DNA from: Amoeboaphelidium protococcarum X5
Taxonomy: Eukaryota > Fungi > Aphelidiomycota
Length of the DNA stretch: 64,000 nucleotides
Assembly (NCBI GenBank): GCA_023515725.1
Contig: JALDTO010000146.1
Location: 1,036,604 to 1,100,603 of the forward strand
Reading direction: 5' to 3'
Below the pieces are notes generated by a model. It had not been told where the DNA came from, ran no database searches, and was given only the letters and a program-made list of their open reading frames with translations. The position numbers and the translations under genes are program-made. Positions 39,186-51,333 of this stretch are shown piece after piece. The stretch's first letter is position 1, and every line of letters starts with the position of its first letter.

Positions 39186-40166
39186 ATGGAGAATAATATT
39201 GATAATAAGGAGAAAAAGTAAGATGATCAATAGTCTCTGTTTGAATAGTATTAAGCGTAAAAAGCTTAGTTCGAATAAATGGTGCACAGTGATCTGGCAT
39301 AGATGCCTGCTAAGTAGACTAACTCACTGCATGGAGGAAATTAAATCACAGCTCTTTCACCCCTTCTTGGCTAGCATTAATAGTCAACTGTATAGTATAG
39401 TCATGGTTTGAATGCTGTAAATTAGAATCATGCAGGTAGTCGACAGCCATCTATTCCCGCGCCCTCATTCAATTCTACGCTGACACAGGATGTTAATCGT
39501 AATGATGACGTTGATGGAGATCTCCTTATGGAACTTGATGCTGATGATGATTCTCACAATATATCGATCCTTTCAAAATTATCTCAACTATGGACGAGAG
39601 AATAATGCAGCCCTGGTATATTGTCATTCGATCAAGACACTGTGCAAGATGCTATTGAATTGATGGAAGCGTAGAGTGAAATCATACAGGACTCGCGAAT
39701 TGAAATGCTGCACCGTGGTGAGATTGATTAAATTATCGGCGTTGAGCTGATGGAATTCGAGTTGGAACGGGTGCGATACACGCTAAAGCAATACCTGCTA
39801 TCAAGAATATAAAAGATTTAAGACAATGCCTGGTGGATTGTAGCAGAGGAGAACAGTGATCAGAACGTATTGCAACGGCTCAGTCATTCAGAGTAAGAGT
39901 TTGTACTTTATTACTCGTAGCTGACCGCCAGACATTACAGTTCTGCATTGTCTCAACTTCCTGATAAGCATTAAGAACTGGCTACTGATTAAATGGTCTC
40001 TGAGCCTCCACTAGACGCGCCTGTTCTGGTACGCGTCAAGAAGGACCTTGGAGTGGTGTAGTTGTTTGAAAATGTGCAGCTTGAAATGAAGATTAACGAA
40101 ATCTACTTTATCCGGTTTCGGTACATTGAAGAGCTGCTGCACAGAAATGTTGTTGATATCCTGTGA
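39186..40166 (+). CDS. SLD5: GINS complex subunit Sld5 (GINS4)
   Basis: 326 aa; LWTREQCSPGIL, ELERVRYTLKQYLLSRIQKI, LSHSEQEF, EPPLDAPVLVRV. Confidence 0.88.
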
Positions 40167-40323
40167 GAATAGATTATTCGTACCATGAAATTATTAATGT
40201 CATAGTTTCCTCTCAAAGAGTCGGCTCGGTTTAACTTGAAACGAGATTTGCACACGATCCGTTCTCTAAATACTGAAACGAAATCTCTCCTTTCAATTTC
40301 CAAATTTACGCGTCTTATCAGTA

Positions 40324-41642
40324 ATAGCCAGCTTCAACACATTAATAAACAACGAATTGCCCAAATAAGTTCCAGTGGACGCACCTCCCCATATTGATTT
40401 CGAGTCTGAAGGTTCTGCCTCCGAGTCTGATTATAATGAAGATTTCTATGGAGATGTGGAATCACTGCTGAAAGAGCGTCCATCTATCTTCGACTAAAGA
40501 CTATCAGTCGGCAAACTAAATGCTCAGGCTACTGACGCGTCAACTGACAGTGGTGAGCAGATACTATTGATTAAAAAGCCTTTTGCGTCTAAATTGAAGC
40601 ATTGGTTATTCCACCCTGCTATATATCGAAATGTGAAACCTATGTCGTAGTATGGCGGGACTGGCGTAGAGTGTCTGGCACATCTTTTAGGTGTGTAAAA
40701 TATCTGGAAATGCTATTATGATATTGCAGCAGCAGATAAGCGCTCTGAATAGGCATTAGCCTATTTAATTTCATTGTTTAATGCGAATTAAGCGTCAATT
40801 GCTCATGGTTCACATACCTTAGTCTTTAATGTAGCGTCTTTGCTCAATATTGCTTTGAACTTAGTTGATTAGGAGTTAGCTGTAGTAGGTGGATTCATGT
40901 GTCGCCCGTAATACGACTATGCAAGTTTAACCGACCTGCGTATACTACAGAGCGGCCCGAGTGGTCGTGTTCTATTAAGTACAGAGTTGAAAACTTGTGC
41001 TGCATATCCAGTCGGCCATCCTTGGTACACCAACTCCCGGTTGGCTCAAACATTATGCCAGTTGTATTCCACCAATGCTCCTGTGATTCTGCTGTCACCT
41101 CAGCAGTTTAAGGTATTCGCTGAAAATCCTGAGCGCGACTCAATTTTCACGTATCCGTACCTTGACTAATCAGATAACGCGAATATGGCGTCTAGTGGAA
41201 CGATGCCAGTAGGCAAAGATTTGTTAAAGGTTATAATCATTTGTCTATGCAAAGCGTTGAAGGATTAGTTGCCACCTATTGTAAGCCTTGAATAAGTTGC
41301 CTTTACAAGCATTCATTAGTCTCCTTTCAAATTAGAGCCTAAGCCGATGTATAGTATCACTAAAGCCGGCAAAAGTCGGCGCTCTGAGTCATCATATTCT
41401 ACAGATATTTCGGATGGTCGCCCAAATAGCCAAAGTTCAAAGTTGGTGAAAATGAAGATGGTAGTGCAATCTATGCTGATGTGAGAGTTCTCTAAAGATA
41501 TGATGCGTAACTGTATCTTACAGATGACAAGTCGGAATCCTCTGACGACTATGGGACCGATTGCGAGTAAGTGGAGAGTCCTCAAGAAGCATTGCTTGTT
41601 TCCTCAGAAGAAGTCTTAGCTTCCTAATCAAAATCACTATGA
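40324..41642 (+). pseudogene. Decaying paralog of 35243-36583
   Basis: Start aligns to ATA instead of ATG; shares KPFASKLKH.LFHPAIYRN, GGTGVECLA, STELKTCAA, SRLAQTL; frameshift near 41400-41420 relative to the paralog. Confidence 0.7.
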
Positions 41643-41763
41643 TTTAACTTAAATATTCTATTGTTAACATGTTTTAATTTATCCCGCTCTGCAAAATTGC
41701 TTTCGGAGGTAGTTGATTCGAAGTTCTCGTTTTTTAGATACGCCAGTCGTATTAGATCGCATT

Positions 41764-42917
41764 ATGATGTTCAGTAATACTTGCACTATTGCGCTTCATG
41801 AAATCTCACCTCAGCCGGATGTTTTAGATTTTGATCTTCTACCTAGAGGTAATTATATGTCTTCTTTAACATTAACATGTACAATATTTGTTTTGTAGAT
41901 TTATATCATGTACTGGCTATCAAATCGGCAAAAGACTTGTCAAAAGTTGTAAATATTCTCAATTAAATACGCGTCATACTTCCATTCATCAAGTAAATAT
42001 CTTCGAGATTTTGTAAAAAAGATGCTGGTAGTGATAATGATAAACTAAAGAGATAGCATGTACTGCTATTCACGACTGATTAAGCGGATTCAATTGATAG
42101 TCTTCGGGTACTACTTCAAGAACATGAAATCGCTGATCTATTCGATTGGAATGCACATAGTCATGTCACATTGCCTTTAGAATGGCCGCAATCTGAAGAA
42201 GAGCTTTAATACTGGTAGCGAAAGAGCTCTTAATGGCCAATGTCACGTTTCGTTAAACCAAAAATGGTCACTATTGATGATGGAGGAGATTTGCCTGATT
42301 TAGAATTTGTGAAAGCTATAATGCTTAAAGTTTTCGTTGGCGCAAAACTAAACTATCAACGAGGATTTGCTCCCAATTCATGCATTATAGTTGATCCTTA
42401 GACTTAGTAAATTCTTGCTGAAAGTTAAGATAGACGGAGGTTGTCGCGTAAATAGATGTCCTTCTGCAATGTCAAGAATGACTATGACTCTTTGTTCGCA
42501 GTGGAAAGCTGTGGTGATTAGCTCTAAAGGAATTCTAGTAGAGAGGAATCAGGATCGTAGCTAAGCCATGCAGTCATGAATTGTATCGATGTTTTGTGTG
42601 AGTAGCATGTCGAATTCAGAAAGACTCTTGCTGAAGATGTGGACAAGTCATCCATTCCGTATTACTGCACCGGATATAACGCGTACATGTTTTGGGAACC
42701 TTGCTGGATGTGTGGCATGGCTCTACTACATTCACGCATTAGACGCGTGTTTTATTTTAAAACGATGCGTAATCAGATGGCAGGCGCGTTTCATTCTATT
42801 ACATGCGATAGTGAAGACACATAGAGCAAGTTGAAGGGAATGCTGCATGTCCGCAAGGAACTAAATCACCGATTTAGAGTATTTGAAGTTGAAGTTATTT
42901 GCAATGATATAAATTGA
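41764..42917 (+). CDS. TAD3: tRNA A34 deaminase subunit Tad3/ADAT3; intron 41849-41898
   Basis: [16 protein letters not shown] (HAV, non-catalytic), [35 protein letters not shown]. Confidence 0.92.
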
Positions 42918-42940
42918 TGATTAACAATTAGAATATCGTT

Positions 42941-43435
42941 TCAAATATTACTATTCCAAGTAGACTTGTCTAATACAGCGCCAGAATCACGTAGAATACA
43001 AGGACCATTGTACAATGTCACACATCCCTTCTACCGTAACTTTTCTAGAATGTCTTGGCAACTATCATCTGATGACCCTGGCTGGCAGCAAAAATTAACA
43101 ATAATGTCTCTATCAACAACGGCTTTAAGGATAGTTTGGATGTAGTCTTTAGTTACACTTGGAGGAGTAATAAATGAAACCGATGCCGCCTTGTACCTTC
43201 CTGTGAGCAGCTCATCACTCAGCGATTTAGATGTCTTGACTCCCAAAATCTCATCCTCTTTCGGATGAATTGGCACAATTTGAATAGTGTCTAGATTATA
43301 TTTTCCACTTATTTATGTTTAGTGATTGAGATACCATTTTAGCACTTTATAGCCATATTTGTTCGGGTCTCTGGATGCTCCTATCACCAGAAACTTGCCT
43401 ACACTCAGGAACTTTTCAATTTGATGATTCATCAT
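42941..43435 (-). CDS. CoA-binding domain protein (YccU-like)
   Basis: 164 aa; FLVIGASRDPNKYGYKVLKWY, VPIHPK, VSFITPPSVT, QPGS, GPCIL. Confidence 0.88.
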
Positions 43436-43583
43436 TGACGCTTCGATGAGTTGCATAAGAAGAGTTTTGTATCACTGAATGGACTGGAATAAAGAATAAT
43501 TATAACACGCTTTGTCTCCTATTTCTTCACTTACTGTACTTAGAAAGCTTTGAAACGATTCAAATTATACTAAAATATTCAAA

Positions 43584-43931
43584 ATGACTAAAATGACAGA
43601 GGCTGAGCACAAGGAGCACGATAAGCGTGTTGAAGAGCACCCAGAATTGAAATAGGATGAACAGTAGCATCCGTTTATCGACCCCGACATTGATTTGAAT
43701 GAAGGCGATCGAGTTGAGTACTATCCTGTGGCTCATCAAACTAAGGAGAGAACCTCAACTGGTGTAATCAAGAAAATAGTCATGCATGAGAATGAGGCTG
43801 AGACTGTGGCAAAAGGCCGCACGCGCCATGTCCACGCTAATCCGGACCATCCGCGTTATTTGATTGAAAATGATCATACCCAGAAGGAGTCTGCAATAAA
43901 AAGAACTCATATTATTCGCATAGTTAAGTGA
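43584..43931 (+). CDS. Hva1/DUF2945-like Tudor-domain small protein
   Basis: 115 aa; EGDRVEY, STGVIKKI, HANPDHPRYLIENDHTQKESAIK. Confidence 0.7.
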
Positions 43932-44327
43932 AATGGTGATATGATATGAAACACTATAATATAGCAAGATTTTAAAAAGGTGATTCCTTGCGTGTTAAAG
44001 TGAATCTAAGGTTGCTTTGTGCTCTTTTAAGCCTTTCGCCATCTCTCTCCTCCTTTCTCTTTCTCATAATTGCCAATGATTTGATTATTTTAAACTCACA
44101 GACCTGTTCCTATTCAATAGTTGAGGACAACGAGTTAAATGAGGCAATTTGTATAATTTTATTTCATTTACCTTTTCAAGTAATCATTTTTAATTTAAAA
44201 TCGAGCCTGTATTGGGCACTTGACGCGCTCATAGAGTGGTCCAACACCTTGAATCGTAGACGCGTTTGTTTAGTTTTGCGATTGCGTTTCTCTGCGGCCT
44301 CACTGTTTCACCTTCATTCAAACGTCC

Positions 44328-44368
44328 TACGGAATCCGAGAGCCGCAAAAGCGCGTCGCTATTTAAAA
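44328..44368 (+). repeat. Left terminal inverted repeat
   Basis: tacggaatccgagagccgcaaaagcgcgtcgctatttaaaa; core repeated as gttcgagagccgcaa at 44414-44428. Confidence 0.8.
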
Positions 44369-45117
44369 AGCAGAAACGAATATTTGTTTCTTACAACTGT
44401 TTTTGTTTTTAATGTTCGAGAGCCGCAATCAGTGCCTCACATTAATACATAACGTTTTTGCACTTGTAATACGCGAATGCGACTTAACAAATTGATTAAT
44501 TTTTGTGATTACTTTCTTATTTATATCATGCTGCAAAATCAAATGTATTAGTCATGCACCGTGTGTGTGTTGCTTTACTTTAATGTGCAACTTGCGCAAC
44601 TGCAGCAGTATTGGTGTAAATATCTCAAGATTTTTAATATAGCAGTATTTGCTCCGCTTCTCTAGTAAAGAAATATATGCACCAAACCTCAAGCAAAAAT
44701 TTGCAAACTGTTTGTGAGTAGTGGTTGCTCGATCTTTGTCACAACTGATTGCTTGATGCGTTAATCTCGAAACTGGCGCTTGCAATTTAACAGTAAGTAA
44801 GCGATTATTTGTGATAAATTGTTTTGATACTGAATGATACTTTATTATCTCTTACACACTATTCACTAAACTACTTTTTAACAACGTACAATCTTATTTG
44901 CGAGATAAGCATACAGGTATAAGCAATGCAGCATTGGGACGCCGTAGTGTTGTCATTACTTGCTGCGCCACCCCCCTTACGCCACTCTAAGATCTTACGC
45001 AATCATATTATTAATAACAGCTCTCATAGTTCAGATAACTAAAACGCGACAAATATACGCAATCTCTTTAGTTGATATCTATATCCTAGTGTCTTTTGAA
45101 TAGAATCAGTATCAAGC

Positions 45118-47133
45118 ATGTTTAATCCGTTGTAAGATGTGTTATGTCCCAATTCGTCCGGACTCAAAAGGGAGGACTGTCATTGTGCTGGATGTAAATC
45201 TTGGCAATAGGCGCAAGCCTAGTTGATGCATTCACAAATGCAATTTGAGTAAAAGAAAAAGCTTGCGGTGCAGACAAGAACCGAGTCAATGGTAAATAGA
45301 TTGCACAGTGGATACCAGACTAAGCCGCCGCCCCCTGTTCATAGAAACGGTCCTGGTAGTGGAAATAGAGGTTTGACGCGTAAAAACGCGCTGGTGCAAA
45401 TTAGCATTGTCCCTTGTATTTCAGGATCAAAGGTTGGATAATTTAAGCGTCTGGAAAATGTTGGCCCATAGATGATTTAGATTGACAAGTATAATGACAA
45501 TTATCAATCTGTCTTAGCATAAGCTTGTGCATTGTTTCACTATCAAGTTGAGCAATCGTCAATTGGACAAAGTCAAATCCACCAAATCCCCTAATTTGGA
45601 GTTGATTTTGACGTAATATAATGGACCCAGAATATTCAATTGGCAGGATGTAAGTATACCTCTAATAAGGATAAGGTGCTATATTTGATTCCGTTGGTTG
45701 AAAGCAATCGCGTGTAATTGCATCCTAGTTTAAAGAGAAACTATGAGTCTCTACAGTAGCTGAATTTTTTGAATGTCGAGGACTTTGATTACTAGTATGG
45801 TTTGCCAGATGAGAAGATGCAGGATAAGGATGATTTTGAAATTGTTGAACCGACGCGTACTTTAGATGAGCCTATTATTCAACCTGTCAAGCCTGTCAAA
45901 AAGATCAAATCTGCGCAGGAGTCTACGATCATACCTGTCAGTTCAAATGTTGCGAGAAATAGTTAGATTGAACATAAGAATAAGTTTTGCTAGTTTGAAA
46001 ACATTTCCAAGGTGTCCCCTCAGCGTGTAATAAAAAATACGCGCTCCTTGTAAGGCAGTGTGGTTGTGCATGTCTACGACTATGAAACAGGCTCCTGGTT
46101 CACTGAGGATCCAGGAGTAGTTGGAATGCCAGATCTGGCAGGAAAGACTAACAAAGGGAATATAAAAAGATGCTACTATAATGGATCTCTGGTCAAGTTT
46201 TTTCCAGATCTGCCAGTAGTCTTTAAGTGCGCAATTGATAAGGATGACGATGATTATGGATTACATGCTAGGGAAATATTAAACTCTGTTTGCGCTCAAA
46301 GGTGCTTCCTAGATTTTGACGCGGAATTGATTAAGACGCTGCTGGGTTAAGAATATCTATAGGTTGCTGGTGAGTAGCGTGGAGTTTGTGCTGGCGTGAT
46401 GCTGGAGATTAGAGACAAATAAAATGAGGAATTTGGTGATATGGTGGATCTAGCAAAGATATGGACAGTTGAACCCTTCGTAGATGGCCAATTTGTGAAG
46501 TATATCGACAACGAGCATTTTATGCAAATTTGTGATGATGATCAGACTTATGAGGAGAACTTTCGTGAAGAAGTGGCCTGGGCTTTTGCCCATTACTCCT
46601 ATTATTGGTTTGAGAAGGAGAACTACGAGTAAATGATAGTTGATATTCAAGGCTCTAAGTGTCACTTTACAGATCTTTAGGTGTGCACTGTCAATGGCAC
46701 CGATTGCAGTATTGGCAATATGGGTTTACCAGCAATTGTGAAGTTCTTCGTTATGCACTAGTGCAATTAGATTTGCAAGGCTTTGCATTTAGATGTCGCG
46801 ACCATTCCGTCTTTAGTAATGGAGAAGATTATGGAAGATTCTCTCTTAATGGATAAATTCGAGTCCACTGTGTTTGGATCTCCAGCATAGGCCGCTCCTA
46901 ATCCTCTTGGATAGTAGAAGACATCATTGAAGTCGGATGTCTCCATAACTTCTGTGTCTAAACAGGTAGAAGTTAATAATCAAGCCACTCAGGATTTGCA
47001 GATAGTAAAGGAGAAATCTAAGATTAAGTTGGTGGATCCTATTGTTAAAAACATACGTCCGTCTAGCAGAAGACCTAATACGCGTGCTAAAAATGCTGCG
47101 TAGAAGAAATTGCCAACTTTGACTGAGGATTGA
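45118..47133 (+). CDS. Alpha-kinase (eEF2K/MHCK family), transposon-borne
   Basis: 671 aa; WTVEPFVDGQFVKYIDN, AFAHYSY, MIVDIQG..FTDLQV, GNMG..AIVKFF.MHQCNQIC..L. Confidence 0.9.
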
Positions 47134-47218
47134 GTATTTAGTAGCTCTGGTGGAGTTAACAATGAGTACGTAAAGATAGTAATAGCAATAAGAAATTTTT
47201 AATTATTCAGACCATTCT

Positions 47219-48598
47219 TCACTAAGCAATTTCCTACCCTCTCACTTACTATTCTGCTATCAACAATTAATCTCTAAATGCATCCAGCGCGCTTACGAGA
47301 TCGCCATCGGACACTAAAGCCTTGAACACATCTTGACAATTGTCAAAGGTAAGTTGATCAAAACCTTTCTCTATAACAACTTCATCAATAAGATGCCTAG
47401 CGTAATTAATTCTAAACCTATCATTCATATCTATAGTACTTGGTCCAAACAATTGAATAGCCATATCACGCATGTCTTGAGGAGGCTCCAAACCACATTC
47501 TACTCCATCAAACATCTCGGGAACTTGATAACGCATGATGGGCTGTCCTTGATTTCGAATCTTATGGTAATTCCACAAGGTGGTAATTTTATCTAAACAC
47601 TCAGCGATATAATGTCCAAAACAATACTGAGAAATTGTCTTATGAGAATAAAGCGTGGTATTAAAATAACCTGCAAAGTGAAGATTGTTCAGCGTTCCTA
47701 TCCAATATTCAAGCCCATAATGATTCTATCTGCCCCAGTAACTTTCTATACGCGTATTGAAATTGGATGAACCCACAATATAAGAGTTCTCACCTACCAA
47801 TATTTCTTGCAATTACTTGATGTAATTGTTCTCAGTTCCGCCATCAACACGAACTTTTCCAGGCATAACATTGCATTTGTCAGCCGCATCCAGAAAATAT
47901 TCCAGTATGTAACGCGCGGGCCTATTCGTATCTGCGACCATACTAAACACAACATACCTACTAAAACCATCTACACACGCACTTATTCCAAAGCCAAACT
48001 ACGACAGCTTATCGAAGCCATCTATATGCCACACTTAATTAGGACCATCATTTTAATATTCACGGCGTTTCAACTTGCGCCTTTTACGCATTTACACAGC
48101 CTCTGGATTGTCGAATCTTTAGCAAACCATAACCATGTCTCGAGATACTTATTGGCCTGATAGTTCACGAAGGACTTATGTAGTTGATCTAATTCCCAAT
48201 CTTTCACCTTCATCCTGATTTACAACATGCACTAAATCCAAAACTTCGACAGGAGATAGCGCACAATGTCTCGTTCCAATTTAATGCTGCGACAAAATCG
48301 ATTGCAAAGTCCTTAAGGACATTTAAATATTATGCTTCTATTTCAGCCAATCCAATAATTATTGTTAAGTGGACCCGCCATTAATTAGATGGCGAGCTTC
48401 TTCAATCCAATGTTCACTTTAATCCGCAAATGTGGCTCTATTTAAAGCAGTACTCAATCCATGTTCAGTCATAAACCGGTCCAATTTGGACTTGGAGCAG
48501 ATTGTTCCACTAGAATTTAGAGTATCTAAAATTTCCTTGCGCTTCAAACCTTAATTTACTAACTGCCGTACCTGTTCCAAGTCGATTTCTTAAGACAT
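47219..48598 (-). CDS. DDE transposase (integrase core, IS3EU type) with N-terminal HTH-like repeats
   Basis: 459 aa; RREYQNDGPNQVWHIDGFDKL, VDGFSR, KVRVDGGTEN, GSSNFNTRIESYW, WNYHKIR. Confidence 0.9.
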
Positions 48599-48772
48599 TT
48601 TGCTGCAAAAAATGAATTCGAGTTAAGATGTCCCCTATTATAAGGCGGATATAGTGCATGATAAGAAACAAAATAGCAATGAATTTATTTTTAAAATTAC
48701 AAAACAAAATAAAAATTAAAAATCATTTAAAATATTAATGGGAACTTTCATTTTACTTTCTATGTTTAGTAA

Positions 48773-48813
48773 TTTTAAACTGCGAGGCGGTTTTGCGTTT
48801 CTCGAACTCCGTA
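48773..48813 (-). repeat. Right terminal inverted repeat
   Basis: Reverse complement reads tacggagttcgagaaacgcaaaaccgcctcgcagtttaaaa. Confidence 0.8.
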
Positions 48814-48868
48814 AACGTCTGAATCTACAGTACCAAATTCTTATAGCGTTGTATATCACTTTTAAATA

Positions 48869-49442
48869 ATGAGTTTAAATTCGCTTTCTAGCTTCGTATC
48901 CGATGAGGTATTCCTTCTAAATTCATAGGCATATATCAAAGTTTACATAACCGATGTGTAGGAGGCTGTTCCATTCTTCGATGCTATTAACTCTGGTGAT
49001 TCCACCACAGTTCGTAAAATGCTGAGCGAGGACAAGTCATTGACTTTGGCAAAACGTCGTTCTGAGAAGTTTAAATACGATAGTGATGTTGAATTAGAGG
49101 CTTTTAAATTTCTAGGTGCTTATATCGGAGCTGTAACTGGTCTATAGCTGGCCTTGTTGATCGGTAGAGATGATATCGCAAAGGATATAATTGATGATAC
49201 ATTGGAGGCTAGCGATTTTGATGTCACTTATGGAGGAGGCAATACTGCTCTTCATTTGGCGGTGTTTTTGAACGCTAATGAAGTTGTGAAAGCCCTTATT
49301 GATCGTGGTTGTAACACACATTTGAAGGTAATCTCATCGTAATGTGTTCTGGGTTCACTTTATTCTAATTGTGTAGAACAGCAAAGGTTACTCTGCTTTG
49401 GATATCGCTGATACTTAGGAAATGAGACTGTTGTTTGAATGA
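48869..49442 (+). CDS. Small ankyrin-repeat protein; introns 48908-48961 (probable) and 49328-49376
   Basis: TGLQLALL, GGNTALHLAVFLNANEVVKALIDRG, NSKGYSALDIA. Confidence 0.85.
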
Positions 49443-49560
49443 ATGATTTACTGATTGATTGTATGAAAGAATGTTGAACTTTAGAAACAATCATTTCTAA
49501 TATCCTTTTATCATATTCATAGATATATTCATCTTATAGTATTAAAAACTACTTATAACA

Positions 49561-51333
49561 TCAACAGAGGGGAACATTGACAGCCAGTCCACCAAGGGAC
49601 GTTTCTTTATATTTGTCTTTCATGTCAAGACCAGTTTGTCGCATAGTCTCAATCACTTGATCAAGACTGACGCGATGAGTTCCATCCCCAGCCAGAGCTA
49701 GTTGTGCAGACGCAACTGCTTTTACAGCTCCCAAAGCATTACGTTCTATACATGGAATGATTACATAGCCCCCTATTGGATCGCAGGACAAGCCCAGATT
49801 ATGCTCCATCGCAATCTCGGCAGCATTCTCAATCTGCCTCACTGAACCTCCAAGAACAGCAGTAAGTGCCGCTGCAGCCATTGAACAAGCAACACCAACC
49901 TCAGCCTGGCACCCAAGTTCTGCAGCTGATAACGATGCTGATCGTTTATACAGCATACCGATACAGCCTGCAGTAAGTAGAAATTCCAAAATTTCATTCT
50001 CTTTCTCAGTGTCTTTAGCACCAGACACAAACTCCAAAAAGTACTTCAACACGCTCGGTAGAACACCAGATGCACCATTTGTCGGACTTGTGACTACTCT
50101 ACCGCCAGCGGCATTCTCTTCATTGACAGCGATCGCGTACAGAGAAAGCCAGTCCACAGCAGGCAGACTCCTCTTGTAAGATTTAGTCATTGAAAACGAG
50201 GATGGTACTTATTTAAGAACCTCGCTATGCTTGTTCGTATCGACTTTAACCAAAGATTTCTAATCTTTAACTGTCGCAGCCAGTGTATTATCGCGCGATT
50301 CTGGTAACTATTGTTATATAGCCTGCTACTTTTGCATCAGATTTCGGTATAAACTAGGAGCTCGACGTTTTACATCTAAATTACCAGGCAGATATTACTG
50401 ATTTTGAGGATTCTTTATTCCATTATCGATACATTCGTCCATCACCTTCCAGATTTTTAGCAAACCAAGGCGTACTTCTTGCGCGGACTTCCATCTCAAC
50501 TCATTCTTAAATACAACCTGTGCGATGCTGAGATTATGATCTTCGCACAGCTCCAACAGATCTTGGGCGTTAGTAAACGGTAAAGCGGTTTAAATGTAGT
50601 CTTGCAATTTACGGTTGTAATCATCTGCGTCCAGATCATGAGATCCTTCGATAACATCTCCTGCTTAAATACGATCTTATTCAACCAAAGAGTGCCTCAC
50701 TTCTTCTGAAGTCTTATCTTTAAAATACGCATTCTCACCATGTGCAACCTTGGTACTTTCATTGACGACAAAGCCGCCTCCAATGCTAAAATATTCGTTG
50801 GTTGCCAGCATATCACCAGCCTTATCAAAAATCGAAAATCTCATCCCATTCGAATGTTATGGAAGTCGTTCTGTCATGCGGAACACGATATCTCGCTCAA
50901 TGTCAAATGGAATCTTGCGCTTACCATCAAGAAGTATCAGCTTTTCACGTTTGATTCTTTCAACGCGGGCCGGTATTTGATAAGGGTCGATCTTATCAGG
51001 CTGTTCACCTTCCATCCCGCAAAGCAGTGCAACATCAGTTTTGTGGCCAACACCCGTTAGTGCTAAACTGCCATACAAATCAATCTTCAGTCTCGCCACT
51101 TTGTCAAGTAATCCCAGTCGCTTGACATCTTCCAGAAATATAGAGCATGCTCGAAGCGGGCCAGAGGTGTGAGATGAAGAGGGCCCAATGCTGATAGAAA
51201 ACAGATCAAACACAGACACCACGGCATGGTTAACCTTCTCCTTATCAATCTTGCTCTCTTTAGAATACCAGCTCTTGCAAGATTAGGTTTAATTGACATA
51301 TGGCCGCAAGTATTAAGTACAGCGAAGCATCAT
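49561..51333 (-). CDS. sdaA: Fe-S-dependent L-serine dehydratase (SdaA type) with putative mitochondrial presequence
   Basis: 590 aa; [85 protein letters not shown]. Confidence 0.95.

Larger units (their letters stand above)
44328..48813. mobile_element. IS3EU-like DNA transposon (about 4.49 kb) carrying a DDE transposase and an alpha-kinase
   Basis: Termini TACGG...CCGTA; 41-bp imperfect TIRs (33/41 identical); flanks AACGTCC / AACGTCT as target duplication; two convergent intact ORFs. Confidence 0.85.

Noticed and set aside
22460-42917. Ctu1 and Tad3 as a tRNA-modification cluster tied to the code change
   Set aside because: About 18 kb apart with unrelated genes between; both are universal eukaryotic genes
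43988-44785. Track ORFs 43988-44452 (+) and 44552-44785 (-)
   Set aside because: Non-ATG starts, no recognisable motifs; the first crosses the transposon boundary
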